NCBI GenBank assembly: GCA_947630105.1
Contig: CANRGD010000005.1
Location: forward strand, 1 to 36,482
Source: an uncultured Bacilli bacterium
Lineage (GTDB): Bacteria; Bacillota_I; Bacilli_A; RF39; UBA660
Reading direction: 5' to 3'
DNA length: 36,482 nt
Shown here: piece by piece, positions 18,755-27,846 of the stretch
How positions within the stretch are numbered: the first letter of the stretch is position 1
Layout of the letters: each line of letters opens with the position of its first letter
Translations under genes and position numbers: made by a program
Notes under the pieces: model-generated
Told to the model about the DNA's origin: nothing
Seen by the model: only the letters and a program-made list of their open reading frames with translations
The model's database searches: none

Positions 18755-19570
18755 TTATTTTTTTGTATATGTATAAGCACTCGTAGTATAATCAGATTTT
18801 AAAGGATCATAAGAATAAATTGGTTCATACTTAAAATCTTTTTCAAATATATTTCTTTCTACCTCATTAACATCTAAAAATTCTTCTTTTGAAGCAAATA
18901 AATTTGAACAAATAACAATACCAGTAGAATTTAATAATTTCTTTAAATTTTCTCGACAACCCTTTAATTTATCTTCTTCAAAAGCAGCAGTTTGTAAAAT
19001 ATTTGACATATAAACAATATCGAAATTATTTTCCTTTTCTACATTATTGAATATATTAAATTTTTTAAAAACTAATTCATACTTTGCTAGTTCTTGCAAT
19101 AATTTTGTTATATCAAAATAATTTACTATCCATGGATTACAATAATTTTCATAGAATAAATTACTATTCATCATTTCTGTGTTAATAGAAAAATATCTAT
19201 TCCAAAAATCTTTTGCTTGTTGCTCTTTTTTAGAATTAGCTACTACAGTTTCTACTACTTTAAATAATTCTTCTTTTGAAAGAAAAAAAGGATAAAACTT
19301 TTTTCTTTTTTGAAGACACCATTTTCTTAAATAAAAATAATATTCTGTAAGTCCATTAATATCAAAAGTTTCTATTTTTTTAGTTCCATTATATAAAAAA
19401 TAAAAAATTTGATCAGCAGAAGCTAAAACAGATAAAACTTTTTTATCTCTTAAATCAAAATTATTAAATATAAAATTAAGTGGTTCATTACTACATTTAA
19501 AAATTTTTATATCATCATTATAAGGTTGAACATTTAGTGCTAATTTTAAGTCCTTATCAATTTTATCCAT
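18755..19570 (-). CDS. DUF3419/BtaA-like SAM-dependent transferase
   Basis: SNE, KKVLSVLASADQ, TFDIN, FDIVYMSNI, GIVIC: a Rossmann SAM-binding pattern. Confidence 0.65.
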   Translation of the reverse strand: MDKIDKDLKLALNVQPYNDDIKIFKCSNEPLNFIFNNFDLRDKKVLSVLASADQIFYFLYNGTKKIETFDINGLTEYYFYLRKWCLQKRKKFYPFFLSKEELFKVVETVVANSKKEQQAKDFWNRYFSINTEMMNSNLFYENYCNPWIVNYFDITKLLQELAKYELVFKKFNIFNNVEKENNFDIVYMSNILQTAAFEEDKLKGCRENLKKLLNSTGIVICSNLFASKEEFLDVNEVERNIFEKDFKYEPIYSYDPLKSDYTTSAYTYTKK

Positions 19571-19597
19571 AATAATAACACCCCTAAATTGAGTGTT

Positions 19598-19626
19598 ATT
19601 CTACTAAAATATTAAAATTTTGTCAA
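19598..19626 (-). promoter_or_regulatory. sigma70 promoter of the DUF3419-like gene
   Basis: TTGACA (19626-19621)-17 bp-TAGAAT (19603-19598), directly after the cotE stop. Confidence 0.8.
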
Positions 19627-20163
19627 TTATATTGTATCTTCAATAAAATTTTCTTTAACATTATCTATCTGTTCAACAACTTCTTCTGTCTTTGTTTCTT
19701 CTACTATTTCATCCCATGGATCTTCTTCTCCATTATCTTCAACTTTTAATTTAACATCATCAACTAATTCTATACCTAATTCTTTTTCTATTACATAATT
19801 AATATGATTTCCCTCAATATCAACTTTAACACAATTTGGTTGTTTTAAACTTCTTACAATAATTTCTTCATTATTAGATGTCTCATCTCTAGAATGCATA
19901 TTAATAACTTCACTATAATTATTAGTTTCTTTAACTACCTCCGTTTTTGTATCATTATCATAAGAATACCAAATATTTACATCATAACTACCATTAATAG
20001 TAACCTGATTCCCAGCTTTTATTCCACTAAAATTGTGATTAATTACCCAACAACCTAATATAGTTGATGGATTATTATTAACTACCACACTGGCTTCCGT
20101 TGTAAAATTCTTTTTCCCTTTAGCAATAACAGCTTTAGTAACTATTTCTTTATAATTAGCCAT
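19627..20163 (-). CDS. cotE: Outer spore coat morphogenetic protein CotE
   Basis: YKEIVTKAVIAKG, PSTILGCWVINH, YDVNIWYSYDNDTKTEV, QPNC; miaB-ymcA-cotE synteny as in Bacillus subtilis. Confidence 0.93.
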   Translation of the reverse strand: MANYKEIVTKAVIAKGKKNFTTEASVVVNNNPSTILGCWVINHNFSGIKAGNQVTINGSYDVNIWYSYDNDTKTEVVKETNNYSEVINMHSRDETSNNEEIIVRSLKQPNCVKVDIEGNHINYVIEKELGIELVDDVKLKVEDNGEEDPWDEIVEETKTEEVVEQIDNVKENFIEDTI

Positions 20164-20239
20164 GTTAATCCCTCCTAATTTAATCTATGCAATAAATTTA
20201 AAAAAAACACAAAAACATCTAGAAACTGTAAAAGAAAAC

Positions 20240-20268
20240 TTGAAATAAAATTTAATATAAAGTAAACT
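20240..20268 (+). promoter_or_regulatory. sigma70 promoter of the Zn-PLC-family gene
   Basis: TTGAAA-17 bp-TAAACT followed by AAGGAGG RBS. Confidence 0.65.
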
Positions 20269-20291
20269 TTAAAAGAGTAAAGGAGGAAAAA

Positions 20292-20915
20292 ATGGCATCA
20301 GCAGTAATCCATTTAGCAATTGCTAAAGAACTAGAAAAATATTTAAATATTCCCAATAAAAAAGATTATTATTTAGGATCAATTGCTCCCGATTTAGCTA
20401 AACATATAAACCTTAATAGAAATATATCTCATTTTTCTTATGACAATTTCCAAGGCATACCAAATATTAATCTTTTTATCAAAAAATATCCTAATTTTAA
20501 GCAAAATTCTTTTACCTTAGGTTATTTTATTCATCTTTATACAGATAAAATATGGATAGAAGATTTTATAAATGAATTAGAGTATAATAATTATATTAAA
20601 CTATTAGATGGAACCATAATAAAAACAACAAAAAAAGAAATAAACAATTTAATATACAATGATTATACAAATTTAAATATTCAATTAATTGATGAATATA
20701 ATATGGATTTAACTCTTTTTTATGAAGATTTTATTATACCTAATACTACTTTAAATGAAATACCTATATCTAAGTTAAATTTATTAATTGATAAAATGGG
20801 AATAATAATAGAAAATTCTAAAAAAGAAAAATCATATCTATTTGATTTAATTCCCATAAAAAATTTTATTGAAAAATCTAAAACTGAAATTTTAGAAAAA
20901 TTAAAAAATTACTAA
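20292..20915 (+). CDS. Zinc-dependent phospholipase C/P1-nuclease superfamily protein
   Basis: N-terminal H, LGSIAPD, SHF, GYFIHLYTD. Confidence 0.8.
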   Translation: MASAVIHLAIAKELEKYLNIPNKKDYYLGSIAPDLAKHINLNRNISHFSYDNFQGIPNINLFIKKYPNFKQNSFTLGYFIHLYTDKIWIEDFINELEYNNYIKLLDGTIIKTTKKEINNLIYNDYTNLNIQLIDEYNMDLTLFYEDFIIPNTTLNEIPISKLNLLIDKMGIIIENSKKEKSYLFDLIPIKNFIEKSKTEILEKLKNY

Positions 20916-20932
20916 TTCATTTTAGTAATTTT

Positions 20933-21247
20933 TTATTCATTTAATAACTTATAAAAATAATCGTTCAACTCATCTTTAACCAAATTAATCATATCATTTA
21001 CTTTATACAAATGCTGCATATAAATCGCATAAAGTGGTATTTCCATTAATTCTTTTTCTAAAGTTTCAAGTTTTAGTTTAATAGCTTCATCAGTTGATTT
21101 TATATATTCTTTTTGTAATTTTTTTATTTGTTCTACTCTTATTTTTATATCTTCATTTGTCTGCATTTTTTCTTTTAATTCGATACATTTTTTATAATCA
21201 TTACAATTAATTATACACTTAACAACATCATCTAATGCCTTATCCAA
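20933..21247 (-). CDS. YlbF/YmcA (Com_YlbF) family regulator
   Basis: Helical 104-aa protein overlapping the miaB end, at the ymcA position in B. subtilis. Confidence 0.7.
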   Translation of the reverse strand: MDKALDDVVKCIINCNDYKKCIELKEKMQTNEDIKIRVEQIKKLQKEYIKSTDEAIKLKLETLEKELMEIPLYAIYMQHLYKVNDMINLVKDELNDYFYKLLNE

Positions 21248-22655
21248 CTAATTCACCATCCAAACTCCATGTTTTAGCTGCATTAATTTTTACTTTAACA
21301 ATGTCTCCCGCCTGCAATTCCTTATTACTTACAAAATTTATTAATTTATTAGTATCACTATATCCATAATACATTTCTTTTTTTTCAGAAATACCTTCTA
21401 CTAAAACAGGTACTATCTTATTCTCTAATTTTTTATTATTTTCTAAAAAATATTTATTCACAACAGCATTTAATCTTTGTAATCTTTCTTCTTTTTCTTC
21501 TAAACTAACTTCATCAGTTAATTTACAAGCTGGTGTTCCTTGTCTTTTTGAAAAAATAAAAGTATAAGCATTATCATATTTACATTTTTCAACTAAATCT
21601 AAAGTCTCTAAAAAATCTTCTTCTTTTTCCCCAGGAAAACCAACTATAATATCTGTTGAAATTGCAACTCCTGGAACAGTTTCTTTTATTTTTTTAAATA
21701 ACTCTAAATAACTCTCTTTTGTATATCTTCTACCCATCAATTTTAAAATTCTATTTGACCCACTTTGAACAGGCAAATGAACACTTGGCATAATATTAGG
21801 ATATTTACCAATAACTTCAATCATATTATCAGTAAAATCCCATGGATGAGACGTCATAAATCTAATTCGTGGAATATTTTTTAGAGCAATTTCCTCCAAC
21901 AAATTACCTAAAGTATAATTCTCATACAAATCTTTACCATAAGCATTGACATTTTGTCCTAACAAAGTAACTTCCTTATAGCCACCCTTAATAAGTTCAT
22001 CAATTTCTTTTAAAATATCTTCTTTTCTTCTACTTCTTTCTCTACCCCTCGTATATGGTACTATACAATAAGTACAAAACTTATCACACCCATAAATTAT
22101 ATTAACATAGGCTTTAAAAGGTGTAGCTCTAACAACAGGTAATCCTTCTACTAAGTCCCCTTCTCTAGAAAAAACTTCAATTTGTTGTCTATTCTCTTCA
22201 ATAGCTTTATCAATAATATTTGGTAATTGATAAAGATTATGTGTACCAAATACAAAATCTACAAATTTATAATCTCGTCTTATCTGTTCAACTACTGAAC
22301 TTTCTTGAGCCATACAACCACAAAGCCCAATAAGTAAATCCTTCTTTTCGTTTTTTAAATGTTTTAATCTTCCTAACATTCCAAATGCTTTATTATGAGC
22401 ATTTTCCCTAATTGAACAAGTATTAAGCAACACTAAATCAGCATCTAAATAATCATCAACTTTTACAAATCCTAAACTACAAAGTAAAGCTTCAATATTT
22501 TCACTATCATGCTCATTCATTTGACAACCATAAGTTTTTAAATAAAACTTTTTATCAGCATATTTATTTTTAAAACTACTATTCATTTCAAACTTTAATG
22601 TTTTATAAGTCCTTTTATCTCTAGATCTTGCTTCTTTATAATCAGGTAAATGCAT
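21240..22655 (-). CDS. miaB: tRNA-2-methylthio-N6-dimethylallyladenosine synthase MiaB
   Basis: TYGCQMN, NTCSIRE, CDKFCTYC, TRAM domain. Start reassigned to ATG 22655 (GGAAGTGG RBS; TTGAAA-17-TATCAT promoter at 22706-22678). Confidence 0.97.
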   Translation of the reverse strand: MHLPDYKEARSRDKRTYKTLKFEMNSSFKNKYADKKFYLKTYGCQMNEHDSENIEALLCSLGFVKVDDYLDADLVLLNTCSIRENAHNKAFGMLGRLKHLKNEKKDLLIGLCGCMAQESSVVEQIRRDYKFVDFVFGTHNLYQLPNIIDKAIEENRQQIEVFSREGDLVEGLPVVRATPFKAYVNIIYGCDKFCTYCIVPYTRGRERSRRKEDILKEIDELIKGGYKEVTLLGQNVNAYGKDLYENYTLGNLLEEIALKNIPRIRFMTSHPWDFTDNMIEVIGKYPNIMPSVHLPVQSGSNRILKLMGRRYTKESYLELFKKIKETVPGVAISTDIIVGFPGEKEEDFLETLDLVEKCKYDNAYTFIFSKRQGTPACKLTDEVSLEEKEERLQRLNAVVNKYFLENNKKLENKIVPVLVEGISEKKEMYYGYSDTNKLINFVSNKELQAGDIVKVKINAAKTWSLDGELVG

Positions 22656-22718
22656 ACAACCACTTCCATTCCCATATATGATATCGTATTTAGCTATTTT
22701 TTTCAACATAAAAACTGC

Positions 22719-23405
22719 TTACGCAGTTTCTAATTCATTATATACAATTGATTCTAATATAGAAGATTTATTATTCATCAGTTCATTTTTTATTAAATCA
22801 ATATTAGCTGTTATTTCATCAACTATTTTTTTCAAACTAGGAACTAAATTCTTTTGTTCTAAACTTTCAATAATTATTTTTAAATTATTTAATTTTGAAT
22901 ATTTTCCATAATAACTATTTTTAATACAAACATTCAACAAATTTTTAAAAGAAACTAAAGTAATTGAATCAAATCTTTTATCTTCTAAAATTTTAAAAGC
23001 TGTACTTAAATAATTATTATTGATAGCTCTATCTAAGGCTGTTTCCCCTTTATTATTTTTTATATTAGGTAAATAATTTTTTTTATGAACTAACTCTTCA
23101 ACAATTTTCAAAGCCATAACACCATTATCACGAGCTAAAATATGTCCCAAAGTATTTCCTTCTAAATTTTGATGATTAACATCCCAGTTTCTTTTTTTCA
23201 TTAATTTTATAACTAATTGATACTGTTTAGCTTTTAATAATCTCATAACAATGTCATTACCAACACTATCAACCATATTAACATTAATTTTATTATTATC
23301 AATTAATTCTTCTACAACTTCAAATATTCCATTTTTAATTAAATTAAAAATCAGGGATGGTTCTTCCAAACAATCATTATAAAGTTGTTGTTTATCAACA
23401 TTCAT
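22719..23405 (-). CDS. Ankyrin-repeat protein
   Basis: NVNMVDSVGN, DVNHQNLEGNTLGH, PNIKNNKGETALD. Start reassigned to ATG 23405 after AGAGGTG. Confidence 0.88.
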   Translation of the reverse strand: MNVDKQQLYNDCLEEPSLIFNLIKNGIFEVVEELIDNNKINVNMVDSVGNDIVMRLLKAKQYQLVIKLMKKRNWDVNHQNLEGNTLGHILARDNGVMALKIVEELVHKKNYLPNIKNNKGETALDRAINNNYLSTAFKILEDKRFDSITLVSFKNLLNVCIKNSYYGKYSKLNNLKIIIESLEQKNLVPSLKKIVDEITANIDLIKNELMNNKSSILESIVYNELETA

Positions 23406-23439
23406 TATATTACACCTCTTTGTCCAGTGACAGTTAACT

Positions 23440-23468
23440 ATTCTACCAAAACTTTTATTTCTTGTCAA
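23440..23468 (-). promoter_or_regulatory. sigma70 promoter of the ankyrin gene
   Basis: TTGACA-17 bp-TAGAAT. Confidence 0.8.
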
Positions 23469-23563
23469 CTTCATCACCTCTTCAACTTCATTATGATTCT
23501 CTACTAAAAAAAATATACAATTTTTAAAAATAATGTTATAATAAGCAACCAGAGGTGATAATC

Positions 23564-24463
23564 TTGGCAATAACAAAAAAGAATCAACCTATTTTAAATA
23601 TTCTAAATGATATTGTAGATGTAACTATAGCATTACATAAAATTTTTACTAACCTTGGAAATAGTTTTGAAGAAGATGAAATAACTTATAAAAAAAATTT
23701 AGACTATCTCAAAATGACTTTAGAATATGAAAATAAACTATATAATCAATTAGAAGAATACAACGATTTTTCTCCTACTATTACTGCCAGTATATTTGAA
23801 AGAAAAAAAATACCCTTATCCCTATACAAAAATATTAAAAAAAGAATTAACTTTTATTTAAGTTTAAAAGAAGATAAATATCCCTTTTTTTACACCGAGT
23901 ATACTAGAGACTTAAATGAATTAAAGAATTTAATTTGTATACAGAAGTATTGTACTGAAGAATTTGTTTTTAACAAATTATATTATTATATAGAACAATT
24001 AAACAATACTACTGATAAAACAGAAAGAAAAATATTATATAAGCAATACTTAAATACATTATTTACTTATAAAATATATACTAACTGTATTTTCCAACCT
24101 ATAACCACAATTCATACTAATGGACGAAATAAATTAGCCTTATTTAATCATGATCCCCAAAATATAGAAAATATTTATAGAGAATTTATTTTACAAATCA
24201 TAAATTATTCAATTTCTTCATGTCAAGCTATTGAAATATCACATATAAAAAATAAACAAGCCTATTTTGATAATGAATTAGTTCAATTACGAAGTGCTCT
24301 TAGTCTTTTAACAGCTGACGAACAAGAAGATATTTATGATGGTTTTGTTAACAATGAAAATATTCTTGATTTTATTAAAACAACACCAAAAGCATATTCA
24401 TCAATCAAAGATACTATAGAACAATTTATCACTTTGCAAAACAAAAACTTAAGTAAAAAATAA
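23564..24463 (+). CDS. Hypothetical helical protein
   Basis: TTG start after AGAGGTGA; extended -10 TGTTATAAT at 23534-23542; no recognised motif. Confidence 0.75.
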   Translation: MAITKKNQPILNILNDIVDVTIALHKIFTNLGNSFEEDEITYKKNLDYLKMTLEYENKLYNQLEEYNDFSPTITASIFERKKIPLSLYKNIKKRINFYLSLKEDKYPFFYTEYTRDLNELKNLICIQKYCTEEFVFNKLYYYIEQLNNTTDKTERKILYKQYLNTLFTYKIYTNCIFQPITTIHTNGRNKLALFNHDPQNIENIYREFILQIINYSISSCQAIEISHIKNKQAYFDNELVQLRSALSLLTADEQEDIYDGFVNNENILDFIKTTPKAYSSIKDTIEQFITLQNKNLSKK

Positions 24464-24476
24464 AAAATAGAACTCA

Positions 24477-25277
24477 CTATTTTTTATTTTTTTCTATATT
24501 TTTTCCTAAATTTACTTCTAATTCTTTATTTATGAAAAAAGTCTTATTATCTATATATTCTCGATTAAATTGAATATTTTTTCTTTTATTAACAAAATGA
24601 AGCGTAAAAAATACTATAATAAATGTCCCTGCAATAGTAAAAATTAAAATATCTATCCACAAAAACTTTATTACTACTTTTCCATTATTTTCAATATTTA
24701 CTTCTACTTTATTATCAATATTATAAAACCCATCAATTATTTTTGTGTATATATCTAAACCTTTATAATAATCTTTTTTATCAATGTATTTTATAACATA
24801 CTCTAAAATTTGATTAATTCTCTCAGAAGAATAATATTTATTAATATTACCAGATGTTCCCATAAAAATTTGATTTTTTTCACCAACTAAAATTAAAAAT
24901 ATTATTCCATCCTTTTTAAAACTATTATAATCATAAAATTGATAAGCATAATCTTCAACAGAATAAAAATTTGTATCTCTAGTAGTTAAAAAAACCAAAT
25001 CTATATCTGTCTTATTTATAAATTCTAAAACATTACTTAACAATTTTTTTTCTTCATCTTTTGTTAAAATATTACCAAAATCATAAATTTTATCTCCCAC
25101 ATCAACAGCAGGAGTATCTAAAATAGCTTTTTTATTTTCATCAGTAACAACAACATTATCCGGAACTAATAAATTTTGTTCAGTTCTATCAAATGTTTTA
25201 ACATTTGCATATACATCCACTTGTTGAAAGAAAAAACATACCAGAATAACACATAATATATTTAAAATTTTTTTCAT
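24477..25277 (-). CDS. TPM-domain membrane protein
   Basis: Signal peptide, IYDFGNILTKDEE, DGIIFLI, DYYKG, C-terminal TM helix. Confidence 0.85.
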   Translation of the reverse strand: MKKILNILCVILVCFFFQQVDVYANVKTFDRTEQNLLVPDNVVVTDENKKAILDTPAVDVGDKIYDFGNILTKDEEKKLLSNVLEFINKTDIDLVFLTTRDTNFYSVEDYAYQFYDYNSFKKDGIIFLILVGEKNQIFMGTSGNINKYYSSERINQILEYVIKYIDKKDYYKGLDIYTKIIDGFYNIDNKVEVNIENNGKVVIKFLWIDILIFTIAGTFIIVFFTLHFVNKRKNIQFNREYIDNKTFFINKELEVNLGKNIEKNKK

Positions 25278-25346
25278 ACTACCATATTTTCAACCATAAA
25301 ATAATTAAATTGATTGATTCCTTTCATCTAAATATTACCACCAAAC

Positions 25347-26309
25347 TCATAATAAATAAGCTATTAAAAAAGATAAAATAAACAATAAGATAAATATAGC
25401 TATAGAATACAAAATAATTTTGCTTATTTTAATTTCTTTTTCTAAATAAATTTTACCAGTTTGCCCATTCATAAAAACTAAATTATTATCTACATTAAAA
25501 ATCCATATAGGAATATATATTAAATAATTATGAGACATTTTTATATTTAAAGAATTTTCACTAACACTTTTCTTTTGATGATCAATAAAATTTCTCATAT
25601 ATTTTACAATTTCATTATTTACTTTACTTTTTGCCTCTTCTTCTGCTAAATCCTCTACTATATTACTATTTTGAATATTATAATTTTCTTTTTTCTCATA
25701 CAAAAAATCTTGTACTTTAGTAAAATCATAAGGTTCTAAATAAGAAAATATTTCTTCATTTATTTTATTACTCCTAGAAACATAAACATTTTCTATATCA
25801 CCTGTTGCTTTAAAATTATTAGTATATTTATTAATTTCTTTATACTTATACTCTTTATCACTCCAACTTTTAGTATCCATTGCATTAAATAACACATTAC
25901 CCTCAACAGAAAAATCAAACGCAGTTATAGGTATATAATACCCACCCATATTATTTATTTTTTTTTGCATCTTATACTTTAAAGATAAGAAAGGATTAAA
26001 CATAACACATTTTTTATAGCTTTTTATAGCTTCATCCTTAGAAATCTCAAAAGGAATATATTTTTTAGCAAATATAAATTTATTTGTAGGAGTTAACTCA
26101 TTTCCACAATAAATACATTTTTTATTTTCTAAATCATCAAGTTGAAAATCTATATTACATCTTTGACAACTATAAAAAATAAGATTATCGTTTTGTATAG
26201 AATTATTAGAAAACACACTACCACAAACATGACATTTTAATGTATTATCCACTTCATTAACCTGCAACTCCCCACCACAATAACTACATTTTAAAACATC
26301 ATAGTCCAT
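25347..26309 (-). CDS. Double zinc-ribbon membrane protein (type usually found with TPM/SPFH genes)
   Basis: Four CxxC pairs, IPFEIS, YIP, PYDF, PIW, MNGQTGK, C-terminal TM. Start reassigned to ATG 26309. Confidence 0.8.
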   Translation of the reverse strand: MDYDVLKCSYCGGELQVNEVDNTLKCHVCGSVFSNNSIQNDNLIFYSCQRCNIDFQLDDLENKKCIYCGNELTPTNKFIFAKKYIPFEISKDEAIKSYKKCVMFNPFLSLKYKMQKKINNMGGYYIPITAFDFSVEGNVLFNAMDTKSWSDKEYKYKEINKYTNNFKATGDIENVYVSRSNKINEEIFSYLEPYDFTKVQDFLYEKKENYNIQNSNIVEDLAEEEAKSKVNNEIVKYMRNFIDHQKKSVSENSLNIKMSHNYLIYIPIWIFNVDNNLVFMNGQTGKIYLEKEIKISKIILYSIAIFILLFILSFLIAYLL

Positions 26310-26349
26310 AATAACACTTCCAATTCTTAAATAAATTATATCAATAATC

Positions 26350-26381
26350 AAAAAAAAAAGATAGAAAATTTATCAATCTTT
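26350..26381 (-). terminator. Probable terminator after the small ORF
   Basis: AAAGAT...ATCTTT imperfect stem followed by a long T-run. Confidence 0.55.
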
Positions 26382-26522
26382 CTCATTTCCATCTTTTATT
26401 GTAGAATGTTTTTTTACAACTTCTACTAACATTTTTCCTTCATTAGAATTAACATCTATATTAATATTATCCATATTATTTAATTTTTTTATAATATCAA
26501 TCATTTTTTTATCATCATTCAT
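26373..26522 (-). CDS. Unannotated 49-aa protein (MNDDKKMIDIIKKLNNMDNINIDVNSNEGKMLVEVVKKHSTIKDGNEKD)
   Basis: AAGGTGA RBS, ATG at 26522, TGA at 26375-26373; fills the gap; preceded by CATATAAT and followed by a terminator. Confidence 0.7.
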   Translation of the reverse strand: MNDDKKMIDIIKKLNNMDNINIDVNSNEGKMLVEVVKKHSTIKDGNEKD

Positions 26523-26553
26523 ATACATTCACCTTTTATATTATATGGAAAAA

Positions 26554-27066
26554 TTAAATATCTATACATTCTTTTTCTTTAATTAGCATCATTTTAAAAC
26601 AATTTATATGTACATTTTCATCTTCAATAATTCTTTCTAAAATTATTTTTATATTATAATCATTAATCATATCAATATGCTTTTTATAATTTTTAATCGC
26701 TATTTTTTCTGCCAATATATTTTTCTTTAATAATCTATTAATATTTAAATCATAATCAACATAACTACTATCCCAATTACAATAAGAATCCCTTTGATAT
26801 GTAATGTATCTAGGATTAAGTCCTAACAAAAATATAAGTTTACCAAGTATTTCTAAATGTCTCATTTCAACAATAGCAATATTTAATAAATGTTTAGCAA
26901 TATTAGGATATTTAGTAAATATCCCCATATTTTGATAAACATATAACGTTATAGCCGTAATCTCTCCATTAATACCTGCATAATCTTCTGCTAAAATTTT
27001 TGCATATTTTATATTTTTTTCTTTTACTTTTATTGGTGGATAATTTTTATTAGCCCTATAAACCAT
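26554..27066 (-). CDS. Ferritin-like / Mn-catalase-like (rubrerythrin/CotJC-related) protein
   Basis: GEITAITLYVYQ, EMRH, E..AI, DENVH dimetal motifs. Confidence 0.85.
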   Translation of the reverse strand: MVYRANKNYPPIKVKEKNIKYAKILAEDYAGINGEITAITLYVYQNMGIFTKYPNIAKHLLNIAIVEMRHLEILGKLIFLLGLNPRYITYQRDSYCNWDSSYVDYDLNINRLLKKNILAEKIAIKNYKKHIDMINDYNIKIILERIIEDENVHINCFKMMLIKEKECIDI

Positions 27067-27082
27067 TTAAATCACCTATTTA

Positions 27083-27111
27083 AAAATATGTAAAATAAAA
27101 AATATTTATGA
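27083..27111 (-). promoter_or_regulatory. sigma-E-like sporulation promoter
   Basis: TCATAAA-14 bp-CATATTTT immediately before the AGGTGA RBS. Confidence 0.6.
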
Positions 27112-27148
27112 AATTCCTTTAAACAAAAATTAAAATAACAAAAAATTA

Positions 27149-27676
27149 TTAAACACTAATCCAATATCTTTTTATTGGAAGTCCTGTTTCATCTTCAATT
27201 ACTATATTTTCTAACTCACCACCACATTTTTCCATAACTTTCCAAGAGCCAATATTCCCTGTATATGCCCCTAACAATACTTTAGTTATATTCTTAGCTT
27301 TAGCTTCTTCTAATGTCAATTTAAGCAATCGTGTGGCATAACCTTTCTTTCTTTCAGTTGGTCTTATACCATATCCAATATGACCCCACGTCTTTAATCC
27401 TTCTTCTGTTAAATAATGTCTTAGGTTTGATGCTCCTATTAATATATCCCTTTCATCATCATATAACCAATATGTAGTAGAAGAAGCATAGCCATCTAGA
27501 TTTTCTCCTTTTTCAACTTCTTCTACTCTTCTTATCATTTCATCAAAATATTTTGGAGTATGATATTTCATATGCAGTGGCCATGGAGCAATTCTAGAAC
27601 CTTCCATATTCCACTCATCCATCATATCTTTATATTGATTATAGTATTTTTTACAAGGTTTTATTAATTTTAGCAT
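27149..27676 (-). CDS. GNAT family N-acetyltransferase
   Basis: NLRHYL, GHIGYGIRPTERKKGYA, NIGSWKVMEKCGG. Start likely ATG 27676 after GGGAGA. Confidence 0.92.
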   Translation of the reverse strand: MLKLIKPCKKYYNQYKDMMDEWNMEGSRIAPWPLHMKYHTPKYFDEMIRRVEEVEKGENLDGYASSTTYWLYDDERDILIGASNLRHYLTEEGLKTWGHIGYGIRPTERKKGYATRLLKLTLEEAKAKNITKVLLGAYTGNIGSWKVMEKCGGELENIVIEDETGLPIKRYWISV

Positions 27677-27846
27677 TTTCTTATCTCCCAACTATTATTC
27701 ATTTTATCGCTTTCATTCAAATTATAAGTCTATAAATGAATGTTAAGCAAAAAAAGAAACATTATATTTCTTTTATTTGATTATATTAGCTTATTTATCA
27801 ATAACTAATTTGTGTATATTACTTTCATATGATAAAAAGTTATTGC

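Noticed and set aside
23406-23576. Apparent overlap of the ankyrin ORF with the divergent ORF
   Set aside because: Artefact of longest-ORF calling; promoter and RBS support starts at 23405 and 23564.
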